Source of the DNA: a virus
Taxonomy: Duplodnaviria > Caudoviricetes
DNA length: 41,271 nt
Strand: one strand, 5' to 3'
IMG/VR virus record: IMGVR_UViG_3300017778_002899
Span: 1 to 41,271 of that record
Part shown: one piece after another, positions 9,124-17,380 of the stretch
Position numbering within the stretch: the stretch's first letter is position 1
Layout of the letters: every line of letters starts with the position of its first letter
Notes under the pieces: generated by a model
Database searches by the model: none
Seen by the model: only the letters and a program-made list of their open reading frames with translations
What the model was told of the DNA's origin: nothing
Made by a program: the position numbers and the translations under genes

Positions 9124-10490
9124 GCTGTTTTAGGTGCCCGGTAGTGATCAATTGCTACGCCAACAAAAGGCAGCAGTGTCACTGTGATGTTTAGAATGTA
9201 CGGCGGTAGTATGATCATTTTAAAATGTGCCAACAAGCCAACTGCTACTGCTGCCAACATACCGTAAATTAAATACTTTACACGTATTTGCTGATCACTA
9301 AGCACACCATAAACAACGGGTGCAATAGTAAACAATCTTGCAATGCCAAATGTCAAGAACAAGATCCAAATATCAATCTTGAGCATGGCAATTGCCAAAC
9401 AACTCAGGCCCACAACCAATTGCGTAAGTCGATTAACTAGCACTGGGTCACGATCAGGAAACCATTCAACGGCAAGAGCACCTGCACCATTTAACGCTGT
9501 ATCGATCACGCCCGATGCCGCACACAAAAACGCCAGTGCTATTAACACTAGTCCTGTACTACCCCAGAGTGCTCCGGCTGCCATGGTTGATGCCAGTTTG
9601 GGATTGGTAACATCTAGTCCCAGTGGCACAGCCATTGCGGCCAGGGCACCTAAACCTGCTAAAATTACAGCAAACATGGCGCCACCAAACAAGAACGAGT
9701 TACGTATTTTTACCGGATCCTGCGATGCAAAAACACGTTGGTAAAAGCCATTGCAAGTGATAGCACTACCCATGGTGATGAATAACACATTCAATGCAAC
9801 ATTGGTGATTGTGGGTGCGTCAAAAAAGTCAACATTGGCTTGTGTATTAACTGCATCAAATATTGGACCAATGCCACCTAAAGATATTGCACCCCATGTT
9901 GCCATGCCCACAGCTGGGATCAACATCAACGCAGTTTGCAAAACATCTGTTCTTACGCTGACTTTCAACCCGCCCCACATTGAATAAGCAATAGTTACTA
10001 ATGCCATGACAGTTATGATTGTGTTATAGGAATCATTTGTGCCACTGATGTATTCGGCAACCATACCAAAGCCGGTAAGATTACCAGCAATGGCATTGAT
10101 AACACCAATCATCATGACTATCTGAAAAACGGCAGTAAGACCCTTGCTGTTGTATCGGTGTTGTACAAATTCGCCTATACTAAACCCTTGTGGGAACTTT
10201 TTTAACAGATAGTAAGATAGTGCTGCCATCAAAACCATTACTATAGTAGGCGGGGCAATCCACCAAAACATGCCCACAGTGCCCTTGGTGTAGGTTAATA
10301 CCCCCACCATGATCATGCCTAGTATAAATGTCCAAGACGCAGTGACACTGGCGCTTAGTTCCCATAAACTCAAGTTTCGATCTGCTTGTGTAAATCCCAC
10401 ATTACCTGTTCGGTAACGTTTTTCTGTTATAACAGTTATCCCTGCTACCAGTGCGATAAAGATAGCCAGTGCTATATAAAATAAGTCCAT
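9120..10490 (-). CDS. Sodium:solute symporter (SSS) family transporter
   Basis: 456 aa, about 13 hydrophobic segments; SVTASWT, SIGEFVQHRY, YSMWGGLKVSVRTDVLQ and FYQRVFAS are SSS signatures; GGAGA SD. Confidence 0.9.
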   Translation of the reverse strand: MDLFYIALAIFIALVAGITVITEKRYRTGNVGFTQADRNLSLWELSASVTASWTFILGMIMVGVLTYTKGTVGMFWWIAPPTIVMVLMAALSYYLLKKFPQGFSIGEFVQHRYNSKGLTAVFQIVMMIGVINAIAGNLTGFGMVAEYISGTNDSYNTIITVMALVTIAYSMWGGLKVSVRTDVLQTALMLIPAVGMATWGAISLGGIGPIFDAVNTQANVDFFDAPTITNVALNVLFITMGSAITCNGFYQRVFASQDPVKIRNSFLFGGAMFAVILAGLGALAAMAVPLGLDVTNPKLASTMAAGALWGSTGLVLIALAFLCAASGVIDTALNGAGALAVEWFPDRDPVLVNRLTQLVVGLSCLAIAMLKIDIWILFLTFGIARLFTIAPVVYGVLSDQQIRVKYLIYGMLAAVAVGLLAHFKMIILPPYILNITVTLLPFVGVAIDHYRAPKTA

Positions 10491-10500
10491 GATTTCTCCA

Positions 10501-10520
10501 ATTTAATTTAATTTAATTTA
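10501..10520 (-). repeat. (TAAAT)x4 tandem repeat immediately 5' of the symporter RBS
   Basis: Plus strand atttaatttaatttaattta at 10501-10520, followed on the minus strand by TGGAGAAATCATG. Confidence 0.85.
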
Positions 10521-11495
10521 TTGTTTGTTTATGCCAAGATAACTTTTAGAAACAAAAACATCAACTGTGGGCAAATAACTGCCGCAGTCACACTGTCCTT
10601 TATAGGAGTATTCTAAATAGTCACCTGAATCTAGGTTAAACACTGGCAAAGACCAAACATTTGAATAAAGAGACTTTCCTTGCTTGTTTACCACATGCAG
10701 TAGATCGTCATTGACATGTCTGTGCCCGTGTTGGCAAGTAAAATAGATTTGTGAAATCTCTACACTCCCAAACACATCATACAATTTATCTGTTTTGAAC
10801 GCAGACTTGATAATTTCTGGGTCTTCTAGCGGCATTCCTGTGGAAATAATTGCCTTGAGCGGGCGTTTTAAATAGCGGTGAGGTTGCAACTTGGCCATGC
10901 GCATGAGCTTGACGGGATTGGCAATCAACACAGTTACGTCATGCTCTGCTATCATTTCTAGCTTTCGAGTCATGCTGGTTGTGCGATCAATCACTATCTG
11001 TGCACCTGTGCCATACTTGGCTGCGTCTTCTAGTGCACGATATCCACTTTGCATCATGCCAGGGTCTGTGGTTAACACACGATCAGTGTGGTCTATTCCG
11101 GCTGCAAACAGTTGCCGACTGCATCCAGTAAAATATCTAAACCAATGTTCAAGGTCACAGGATACAATTTTTCTGCGTCCCGTAGATCCACTGCTGGTCA
11201 TCATGAGTTCGCCTGTGCCAAAAATGCCGTGTGGTGCAGTATCCTGTAACTCTTGCACACGGGATGCCGGAACAGCATCACAAGATTCAAGTTCATGGAT
11301 AGTGTTTACTGTATGATTGCCAAACCACCATGCATGTTGTTCAGATGATATCTCGGCCAATGTATTTGAAAGATTGCGTTGCTTGTTGGCTAATACCATT
11401 TGCTGAGAAACTGTATGACTTAATGCGTGACCACGTATGGTGTCACGTAACTGTGCAATGTTAAAGAATTCGTTGCTGTAAGCTGGATTTGTCAT
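10518..11495 (-). CDS. Phenylacetate-CoA ligase (PaaK)-like adenylate-forming enzyme, C-terminally short
   Basis: AMP-binding P-loop MTSSGSTGRRK, VTVLIANP, ISTGMP, DVFGSVE, DSGD and CDCG; ends about 20 aa after CDCG. Likely start ATG 11495. Confidence 0.8.
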   Translation of the reverse strand: MTNPAYSNEFFNIAQLRDTIRGHALSHTVSQQMVLANKQRNLSNTLAEISSEQHAWWFGNHTVNTIHELESCDAVPASRVQELQDTAPHGIFGTGELMMTSSGSTGRRKIVSCDLEHWFRYFTGCSRQLFAAGIDHTDRVLTTDPGMMQSGYRALEDAAKYGTGAQIVIDRTTSMTRKLEMIAEHDVTVLIANPVKLMRMAKLQPHRYLKRPLKAIISTGMPLEDPEIIKSAFKTDKLYDVFGSVEISQIYFTCQHGHRHVNDDLLHVVNKQGKSLYSNVWSLPVFNLDSGDYLEYSYKGQCDCGSYLPTVDVFVSKSYLGINKQ

Positions 11496-12114
11496 TGATT
11501 CGTCTGTTTCCAAAATATGTACCGGTATCTGGTAAATCCTTGGTCACAACCGAACCCAACATCAGGTTAGTGTTATTGGCAACAGATACCTTACCGTTAT
11601 TACCGTTGAATCCGATAATACTTGTACGTATGCCTAAAATTGATCCTGCACCAATTTCACAGCTGGATAAATAAGTGTAAGAACTAATATGCGAATAGTC
11701 GCCTATAACAACTCCGTGAGAGAAATGGCAATAGGCCACAACAATACAGTGATCGCCTATGCGATTGCCTCTAAACAAAAAGTCATTAAAATTATAAATG
11801 TATGTGCCATGACCTATAACTGTGTCGGGGTTCACAACATTGTGCTTGCCAATTATGGAAAAGAAGTGTGCTTGTTGCTGTTGTAAAAAGTTCACTGCCT
11901 GTTGTTTAAAGGCAACGTCACTTGCAAGTACAATAAACTGATATTGATCAAACCATTCACGGGGTTTGGTTTCAAGTTCTTCAAGGCTGTGTTGTACACA
12001 AAGTCTATTATGTTTGATGTCAGACACTATCTCCTGGGATAGAGATGAGTGTCCAACAAAACACAAAGGCCGGGCCGCATCATGCAAGATACTAAACAGA
12101 TTTTGGCCGGCCAT
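11461..12114 (-). CDS. Hexapeptide-repeat (NeuD/PglD-like) sugar O/N-acyltransferase
   Basis: Left-handed beta-helix repeats (VIGHGT, IGDHCI, FSHGVVIGDYSHI, IGAGSILG) and terminal LGSVVTKDL...YFGN; 4 nt downstream of gp32. Confidence 0.8.
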   Translation of the reverse strand: MAGQNLFSILHDAARPLCFVGHSSLSQEIVSDIKHNRLCVQHSLEELETKPREWFDQYQFIVLASDVAFKQQAVNFLQQQQAHFFSIIGKHNVVNPDTVIGHGTYIYNFNDFLFRGNRIGDHCIVVAYCHFSHGVVIGDYSHISSYTYLSSCEIGAGSILGIRTSIIGFNGNNGKVSVANNTNLMLGSVVTKDLPDTGTYFGNRRINDKSSLQQRIL

Positions 12115-12118
12115 TTAA

Positions 12119-13102
12119 TCAAGCCTTGTTTTGTCTTGATCGGATCATGGCCAAGATGTCCTCGGCCTTTTGTGTAGAACCTGCTGGTTTTGCCACAGGT
12201 GCTGTGGCTGCTGGTGCTTCGTCCACATCAAATGGAGGATCTTCTGCTGTGGGTGCTGCCGCTGGGGCAGGTGCGCTAGCATTGCTAGCGGCCGGTGCAG
12301 AACCTGCTGGTGCTGCCACGCCTGCTGGACGGAAATACTGCCCCCAACGATCAGTGTCGTAAGGCTTGCCATCTACACTTGCTTCAAACATTTCTTTCAT
12401 GACCCGGAGCTCAACGTCTGTGGGCTTCTTGGGCAAGAATGTTGCCAAGTCAAACAAACCATGTGCTTCAATTGCGGCTTGTTCGGCTTCGGTCAGTGCA
12501 GACTCTTTACGTGCCCACTTTGAAGTGTTGTAGTCAGCATATCCACCTTTGCTGGTCTTGGCAATGCGGAAGTCCAAGCCACGCAACAAGTCTGTTGGCA
12601 ATTCTTCCAGTTCAGGATCCATCAGGGCACCTTTGATCAAGGTAAACAACTGTGGACCAATAATGAAACGTCGGATTGGGTTTTCTGGAGTTGTGTCATC
12701 GCTCAAAGCGTTCTCACGAACAAAGCCTTGGAAAATGTAACTGCGTTTCTTCCAGTACTTACGACCCATGTCTTCAAGGCTTTTGTCCTTGAACCATGTG
12801 CGTACTTCTGCCAAGATTGGACAAGCGTCGCCCCACATCTCTACGCAAGGCACTTGTACCATGACCTGTTTGGATTCCATTTCTCCCTTGATGCCTGCAA
12901 AGGGCAGTCGAATCATTGCTCGTTCGACCCAGAAAAATGTGTTTTTAGAATTACCATCTGGTAAGAATCGAACTACAGCTTCTTTGCCTTCGTCCATGTT
13001 CCAGTGTGGGTAAATTGATTTGTCGCCGCCGCCTTGTGATTGCCCGCCTTTGTTAGACTCGGCTGCTTGGAGTCTTGCGCGGATTTCTGCTAATGATGCC
13101 AT
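12119..13102 (-). CDS. 32: T4 gp32-like single-stranded DNA-binding protein
   Basis: VRFLPDG, VPCVEMWGDACPI, YWKKRSY, GLDFRIAKTSKGGYADY..SKW, Ala/Pro-rich linker and EDILAMIRSRQ tail. Confidence 0.92.
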   Translation of the reverse strand: MASLAEIRARLQAAESNKGGQSQGGGDKSIYPHWNMDEGKEAVVRFLPDGNSKNTFFWVERAMIRLPFAGIKGEMESKQVMVQVPCVEMWGDACPILAEVRTWFKDKSLEDMGRKYWKKRSYIFQGFVRENALSDDTTPENPIRRFIIGPQLFTLIKGALMDPELEELPTDLLRGLDFRIAKTSKGGYADYNTSKWARKESALTEAEQAAIEAHGLFDLATFLPKKPTDVELRVMKEMFEASVDGKPYDTDRWGQYFRPAGVAAPAGSAPAASNASAPAPAAAPTAEDPPFDVDEAPAATAPVAKPAGSTQKAEDILAMIRSRQNKA

Positions 13103-13204
13103 AGTGTGTTACCTTTCGTTGCCTATGAATGTTTTACTAAATGCCTAGTATATGCCTGTTGCGTACACTTGTTGTAGTGTACACGATGTATTTAGCATTG
13201 TCAA
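13103..13204 (-). promoter_or_regulatory. gp32 leader: sigma70-type promoter with nested TAAATA box, hairpin and 3x AGGCA
   Basis: TTGACA (13204-13199)-17 nt-TACACT (13181-13176); TAAATA (13194-13189); stem GTGTACACT/AGTGTACGC (13184-13161); AGGCA at about 13157, 13146 and 13124. Confidence 0.7.
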
Positions 13205-13227
13205 CGACATTTGAATTAATTGTCGAC

Positions 13228-13884
13228 CTATTGTGCCTTTTTTATTTCAATGTAGTAAATTTGGGTGTGACCGTCAACTTCATAAAATTTTGGACTGCGG
13301 AAAGAGTCCGTAACAACAAGGCCACTGGCAGCAATCATTTGTTCAAACTCAGCCACACCACCAATGCTACCGGCTTGGTTCTCCTGTAGCAAAATCACAC
13401 CATCTGGCAATAGGTGTTGTGCAATGTATCGAAAGAAATCTCTATGCGCCGCCCAACCACCATCAACTTTGATACGTTGCATATTCTCATCACCGGGGCA
13501 GGTTAAGAAATGTGGGGGATTGGCCACGACCAAATCAAATTGTTCATGGTCAGGTAAGGTGTGCAATGTTCCAGTGGCGTAGGCTGATATCTGATGTTCG
13601 CACTGATTAACATGATCCTTTGCTGTGTGATTTAACACTCGATCTATTGCGGATTCGTAGATGTCCGACAAGCAAAGATTTTCACATAGTTCATGATCCA
13701 GTAACCCAAATCCTATGAATCCTGGACCAGAACACCACTCATAACATTTTTTAAATTGTCGATTGGGATAGCGTTCACGAACAATGTCTATGTATTCTTG
13801 ACCAAACCAGGTACCACCGCCTTCCATCCAGCTGTCGTAGTACACTGTGATTCCTCGAGCGCCATTGGGTTTAAATGTCAACAT
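13228..13884 (-). CDS. Class I SAM-dependent methyltransferase, HemK/PrmC-like catalytic domain
   Basis: Motif I YEWCSGPGFIG, LSDI, FDLVVANPPHF (NPPY-like), HLLPDGVILLQE. Confidence 0.85.
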   Translation of the reverse strand: MLTFKPNGARGITVYYDSWMEGGGTWFGQEYIDIVRERYPNRQFKKCYEWCSGPGFIGFGLLDHELCENLCLSDIYESAIDRVLNHTAKDHVNQCEHQISAYATGTLHTLPDHEQFDLVVANPPHFLTCPGDENMQRIKVDGGWAAHRDFFRYIAQHLLPDGVILLQENQAGSIGGVAEFEQMIAASGLVVTDSFRSPKFYEVDGHTQIYYIEIKKAQ

Positions 13885-13885
13885 G

Positions 13886-14653
13886 TCATAACCTTACTTC
13901 AGGGGTATGGTGTGTTCCCCATTTTAAACTGTTTGTTTTTGCCTGTTGTTCGCACTGGGCCATCCACTCAGGTGTGTCCTGTCTGGTTATTTGTCCCGGG
14001 CATGTCAAATTAAAATATTCCAAATGTTCCAGTGGAGTGGGATGAAAGTCTCTACGACTGACGTCATTTGCATCAGGTAATCCAGGCCTACTGCTCCAGT
14101 CGTTTTTGAACAGCGTGGAGTAAATGCTAGGTGCTATGCTTGCCAGCGTGTGTTGATATATGTCTTGCACGTCAAGATCATTGGTTAATACATCATTGGG
14201 GTTTGATCCTAGTTCGTTGCTGAGATTGGTTTTGTTTAGTGGCACCATGCTCATGAATTTCCACTTACAGCCCCAGTGCTCTAGCAAATGGCGTGCTGCC
14301 GTGATTGTTGCTAGATCTCGAATAAGATATCCACGTTCGCATGTGAAATATTTGACATATTCAATTGGTAGGTCATTGCCACTTGACCAGTATATGTTTC
14401 CCTGTGCCAACCAACGCTTGCCAACATACCTATCTTCTCTGCTGGTATTGGTCCACATGATGTAAACGTCATCATCGGCCGTGATATGATTGCGCTGATA
14501 ACATTCTATCAGGCTGTTAAAAATTAAACTGTTTCCTGCACCGCACACGCCCCAGTTTTCGTAGTGAGAGTATTCGCGACCCAGGGCGTCTGCCCAGGTG
14601 GGCCAGCGCCAGTATTGCGTAAAGCTACATCCAAAAGTAAATAATCTTTTCAT
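13886..14653 (-). CDS. SGNH/GDSL-fold esterase or acyltransferase-like protein
   Basis: Block I FTFGCSFT, block II GVCGAGN, block V DFHP. Confidence 0.7.
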   Translation of the reverse strand: MKRLFTFGCSFTQYWRWPTWADALGREYSHYENWGVCGAGNSLIFNSLIECYQRNHITADDDVYIMWTNTSREDRYVGKRWLAQGNIYWSSGNDLPIEYVKYFTCERGYLIRDLATITAARHLLEHWGCKWKFMSMVPLNKTNLSNELGSNPNDVLTNDLDVQDIYQHTLASIAPSIYSTLFKNDWSSRPGLPDANDVSRRDFHPTPLEHLEYFNLTCPGQITRQDTPEWMAQCEQQAKTNSLKWGTHHTPEVRL

Positions 14654-15540
14654 TGTTGATGGTTTTCGTACCTGTTGGTCCAGTGTTCAGCTTGATCCCA
14701 CAACTGTTGAGGTATGGGTTGAAATTCTTGATCAAACCATGTCTTGCCTACCTGTATATCACGTTTGTAAGAATGTTTATACAACACTGGGTCCATGAAA
14801 GACGTAATGTCCATGTTAATGCTGTAGCCTGAGCCAAGATCCATAAACTTGCACGGTTCATGTGTGACATAGTGACGATAACATTCTATCAATTCCCATT
14901 CACTCATGATCATGCGCTGTGGTGGATCTTCAAATGCAATTATACTTTGATCTCTAAACCATTGCAAGTGTAATTTAAGAAAATTCTGTTGGTGTTGAGC
15001 TTCGGCTCTGTTTCGTATGCCTTGTAGCAGTGCGTGATCTACCACACGAAATGGCACAGGGCTTGTGGCAACATATTTGCCATGTACTTCAAGATGCCCT
15101 TGAGCAATGCCCAAGAGATTTTTCACGTAGTTTGAATGTAGCACTGCAACTGGCGAAGATAGTCCAGGAGTTCTAGATGTGTAGGGTGTAACACCATCTA
15201 AGTTGGCTATTTTTTCAAAAATAATATCGCCATCAACCAGCAACCATTTGTTGCCCGATAACAATGTATCCACATGTAATTTAATTAATTGAGCACGCCA
15301 CCATCCACTGGCACAGTCTTGAAAATCTATTTGAGAATATGTTGTGTATTCTAGTTGTACAGTGGGAAAACAACTGCGCAACCAAGATTTTAAATCTTCA
15401 ACATAAGTGGTCCAGGTCCTGGCAGCAATATCATCAACCAGAACATGTATTTGCTCTGGTTGATACAACTTTACTATGGAATTGATTGTCAGTGTAGTCT
15501 GAAATATGTGCCCAGGGAATGTCAGCACTGCAATGTTCAT
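14650..15540 (-). CDS. GT-A-like protein (DxD), probable glycosyltransferase
   Basis: GWWRAQLIKLHVD...WLLVDGDIIF and SEWEL motifs; ATGA-coupled to the SGNH gene. Confidence 0.55.
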   Translation of the reverse strand: MNIAVLTFPGHIFQTTLTINSIVKLYQPEQIHVLVDDIAARTWTTYVEDLKSWLRSCFPTVQLEYTTYSQIDFQDCASGWWRAQLIKLHVDTLLSGNKWLLVDGDIIFEKIANLDGVTPYTSRTPGLSSPVAVLHSNYVKNLLGIAQGHLEVHGKYVATSPVPFRVVDHALLQGIRNRAEAQHQQNFLKLHLQWFRDQSIIAFEDPPQRMIMSEWELIECYRHYVTHEPCKFMDLGSGYSINMDITSFMDPVLYKHSYKRDIQVGKTWFDQEFQPIPQQLWDQAEHWTNRYENHQQ

Positions 15541-15542
15541 GT

Positions 15543-17366
15543 TTACATCAATGCAAGACGTTTCAATCTTTCAAGATCCAATGTAGCAGACTCACTTGAC
15601 ATGTTTGATGGTTTGGTCATCATTACACCATCGGTGTCAAGGTCCTCACCAAGATCTGATTCATGCAAACTGTTGTAGGCCAACTCATGTACAAGATCGC
15701 CATGCTCGTCGTTTAGTTGGTCCATTTCTTGATCACTTAGGTCTGTTCCGTCAGTAAATGAAGCACGGCCAATATATGCATCACTAAAATCTGGATAGTC
15801 TCTAGAATCAACGTTTTCAATTTCTAAGCTACGCATGTCAACTTCTTTACCGTTGAGCATGATACCTTGTCTGGTTCCTTCTGACAAACCTTGCTCACCC
15901 ATACCGCCGAGTTCTTTTTCAACATATTGCATGTAGGCATGCATATCACTTGAGCCAATTTCTTCTACGTCACCAAAAAATTCAGCGGCAGAATCGATTG
16001 CTTGTGTAACTTTTACTGGACCATACTTCTTTAGCAAGTCTAAACGTTGGCTCATGATGCGACGGGTAAGGGCACTGGCTACTGCGCTGTCTTCGTGGCC
16101 TTCCGCCATGCCTTGCTTGTTAGCATCGGGGCCTACTGTGGCATTGATGTCAATTCCAAGCTCACCCAGTCGATTGATAACACCAGGATCTTCCCAGCAA
16201 TTGGCATTGGGGTCACGCTCAGCTAGGTCACCCAGTCGATCAAACAAGATGTCATCACCAACAAGATCATACAGTTGTTCTGTAGCATTTGTGGCATCAG
16301 CACCAACAATTAGTGGCTTGCTCATCAGGTCTTTTAGTTGACGTTCAGTTTCAGGAGTGTCGGGCAAGGCCCATGTACCTTCCATGACCCGGTTGGACCA
16401 TGATTCAAATTCGTCTGCTTCGCGCATGGGAGTTTCCTTTAATTTTGCTAGTATAGGTAATGCTTCTTCAATACGTGAATCTAGTGTTTGTTCTATAAAC
16501 ATAGTTCTAATAGATTCAGCTACTTCACTGCTGTTGGTAATTTCAGCAGGATCAAATGATTCTCGGGCTTCATGATAACCACGTTGGCTGATCATTTGTT
16601 TTGCTTTGGCCTTGAGATCACTGTAGTGACGCACAGCAGCCTCAACTAATTCAGCGGCTTCACCTGTAAAAGGCTTGTGTTTGGCAGCTCGAATGAATCT
16701 AGCCATTGTGGCCATCTCGCTCACAATCTCGTTGATGTAGTTGCCAAACGCATCATAAGGTGTTCCGCCTTCGGCACAATGGCGTGCAATCATGCGACCA
16801 TGCATGAGACTGCGACTGGGTACTCGGAATCTTTCTCCGTCGGCTGTTTCCACAAACAAACTTTCAATTGCACGATAACGTGCTTCACCTTCTTTGATGT
16901 CGCGACTGTGTTTGATCATCAGTCGAACCTGTTTGGGCTGGTCGCTGTAACTGATATTTTTTTTGCCGTAATAGCCCTCAAATAACCCTTCTTTGATGGC
17001 TGCCATACCTTGCATGGTGTATTTGAGTTTGCTGATATTGTCCAGTTCAAATTTTAACATATTGCGCATGGCAAAATGTTTGAGCTGTTCTAAAAATTGG
17101 TACCATTCCTGCTTGTCGGTACCTTCCATGGCACGACCTACATTGTCACCATAAAACACAATCATGTTGTTTTTATCGCCCAACAATATAACCACAGTTC
17201 CGTAGTTTTTGTTTGATGTTTTGTAATCAAAAGAAAACATGTTGGCAGCAGAAATGTCTTCTTTGCCTTGGCTATTGGTAGGAGCTTCACCGTTTTTTGT
17301 AGCTTTGGGCTCAAAATTACGGGTAACCAAAAGGTTATAAAGAGAGTTAGCGGCGTTATTATCCAT
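15543..17366 (-). CDS. Conserved-type virion/head-associated protein with modular acidic C-terminus
   Basis: 607 aa directly downstream of terminase; ATAAATA box 6 nt before ATG; repeated hydrophobic-x-E|G/S sites (IKEG, LFEG, VMEG, MAEG, LSEG, LHES). Function inferred. Confidence 0.6.
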   Translation of the reverse strand: MDNNAANSLYNLLVTRNFEPKATKNGEAPTNSQGKEDISAANMFSFDYKTSNKNYGTVVILLGDKNNMIVFYGDNVGRAMEGTDKQEWYQFLEQLKHFAMRNMLKFELDNISKLKYTMQGMAAIKEGLFEGYYGKKNISYSDQPKQVRLMIKHSRDIKEGEARYRAIESLFVETADGERFRVPSRSLMHGRMIARHCAEGGTPYDAFGNYINEIVSEMATMARFIRAAKHKPFTGEAAELVEAAVRHYSDLKAKAKQMISQRGYHEARESFDPAEITNSSEVAESIRTMFIEQTLDSRIEEALPILAKLKETPMREADEFESWSNRVMEGTWALPDTPETERQLKDLMSKPLIVGADATNATEQLYDLVGDDILFDRLGDLAERDPNANCWEDPGVINRLGELGIDINATVGPDANKQGMAEGHEDSAVASALTRRIMSQRLDLLKKYGPVKVTQAIDSAAEFFGDVEEIGSSDMHAYMQYVEKELGGMGEQGLSEGTRQGIMLNGKEVDMRSLEIENVDSRDYPDFSDAYIGRASFTDGTDLSDQEMDQLNDEHGDLVHELAYNSLHESDLGEDLDTDGVMMTKPSNMSSESATLDLERLKRLALM

Positions 17367-17380
17367 ATGTTTTATTTATC

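Noticed and set aside
13228-13884. DNA adenine methyltransferase or restriction-modification system
   Set aside because: No target-recognition domain or partner nuclease; layout is closer to HemK-like enzymes. Not fully excluded.
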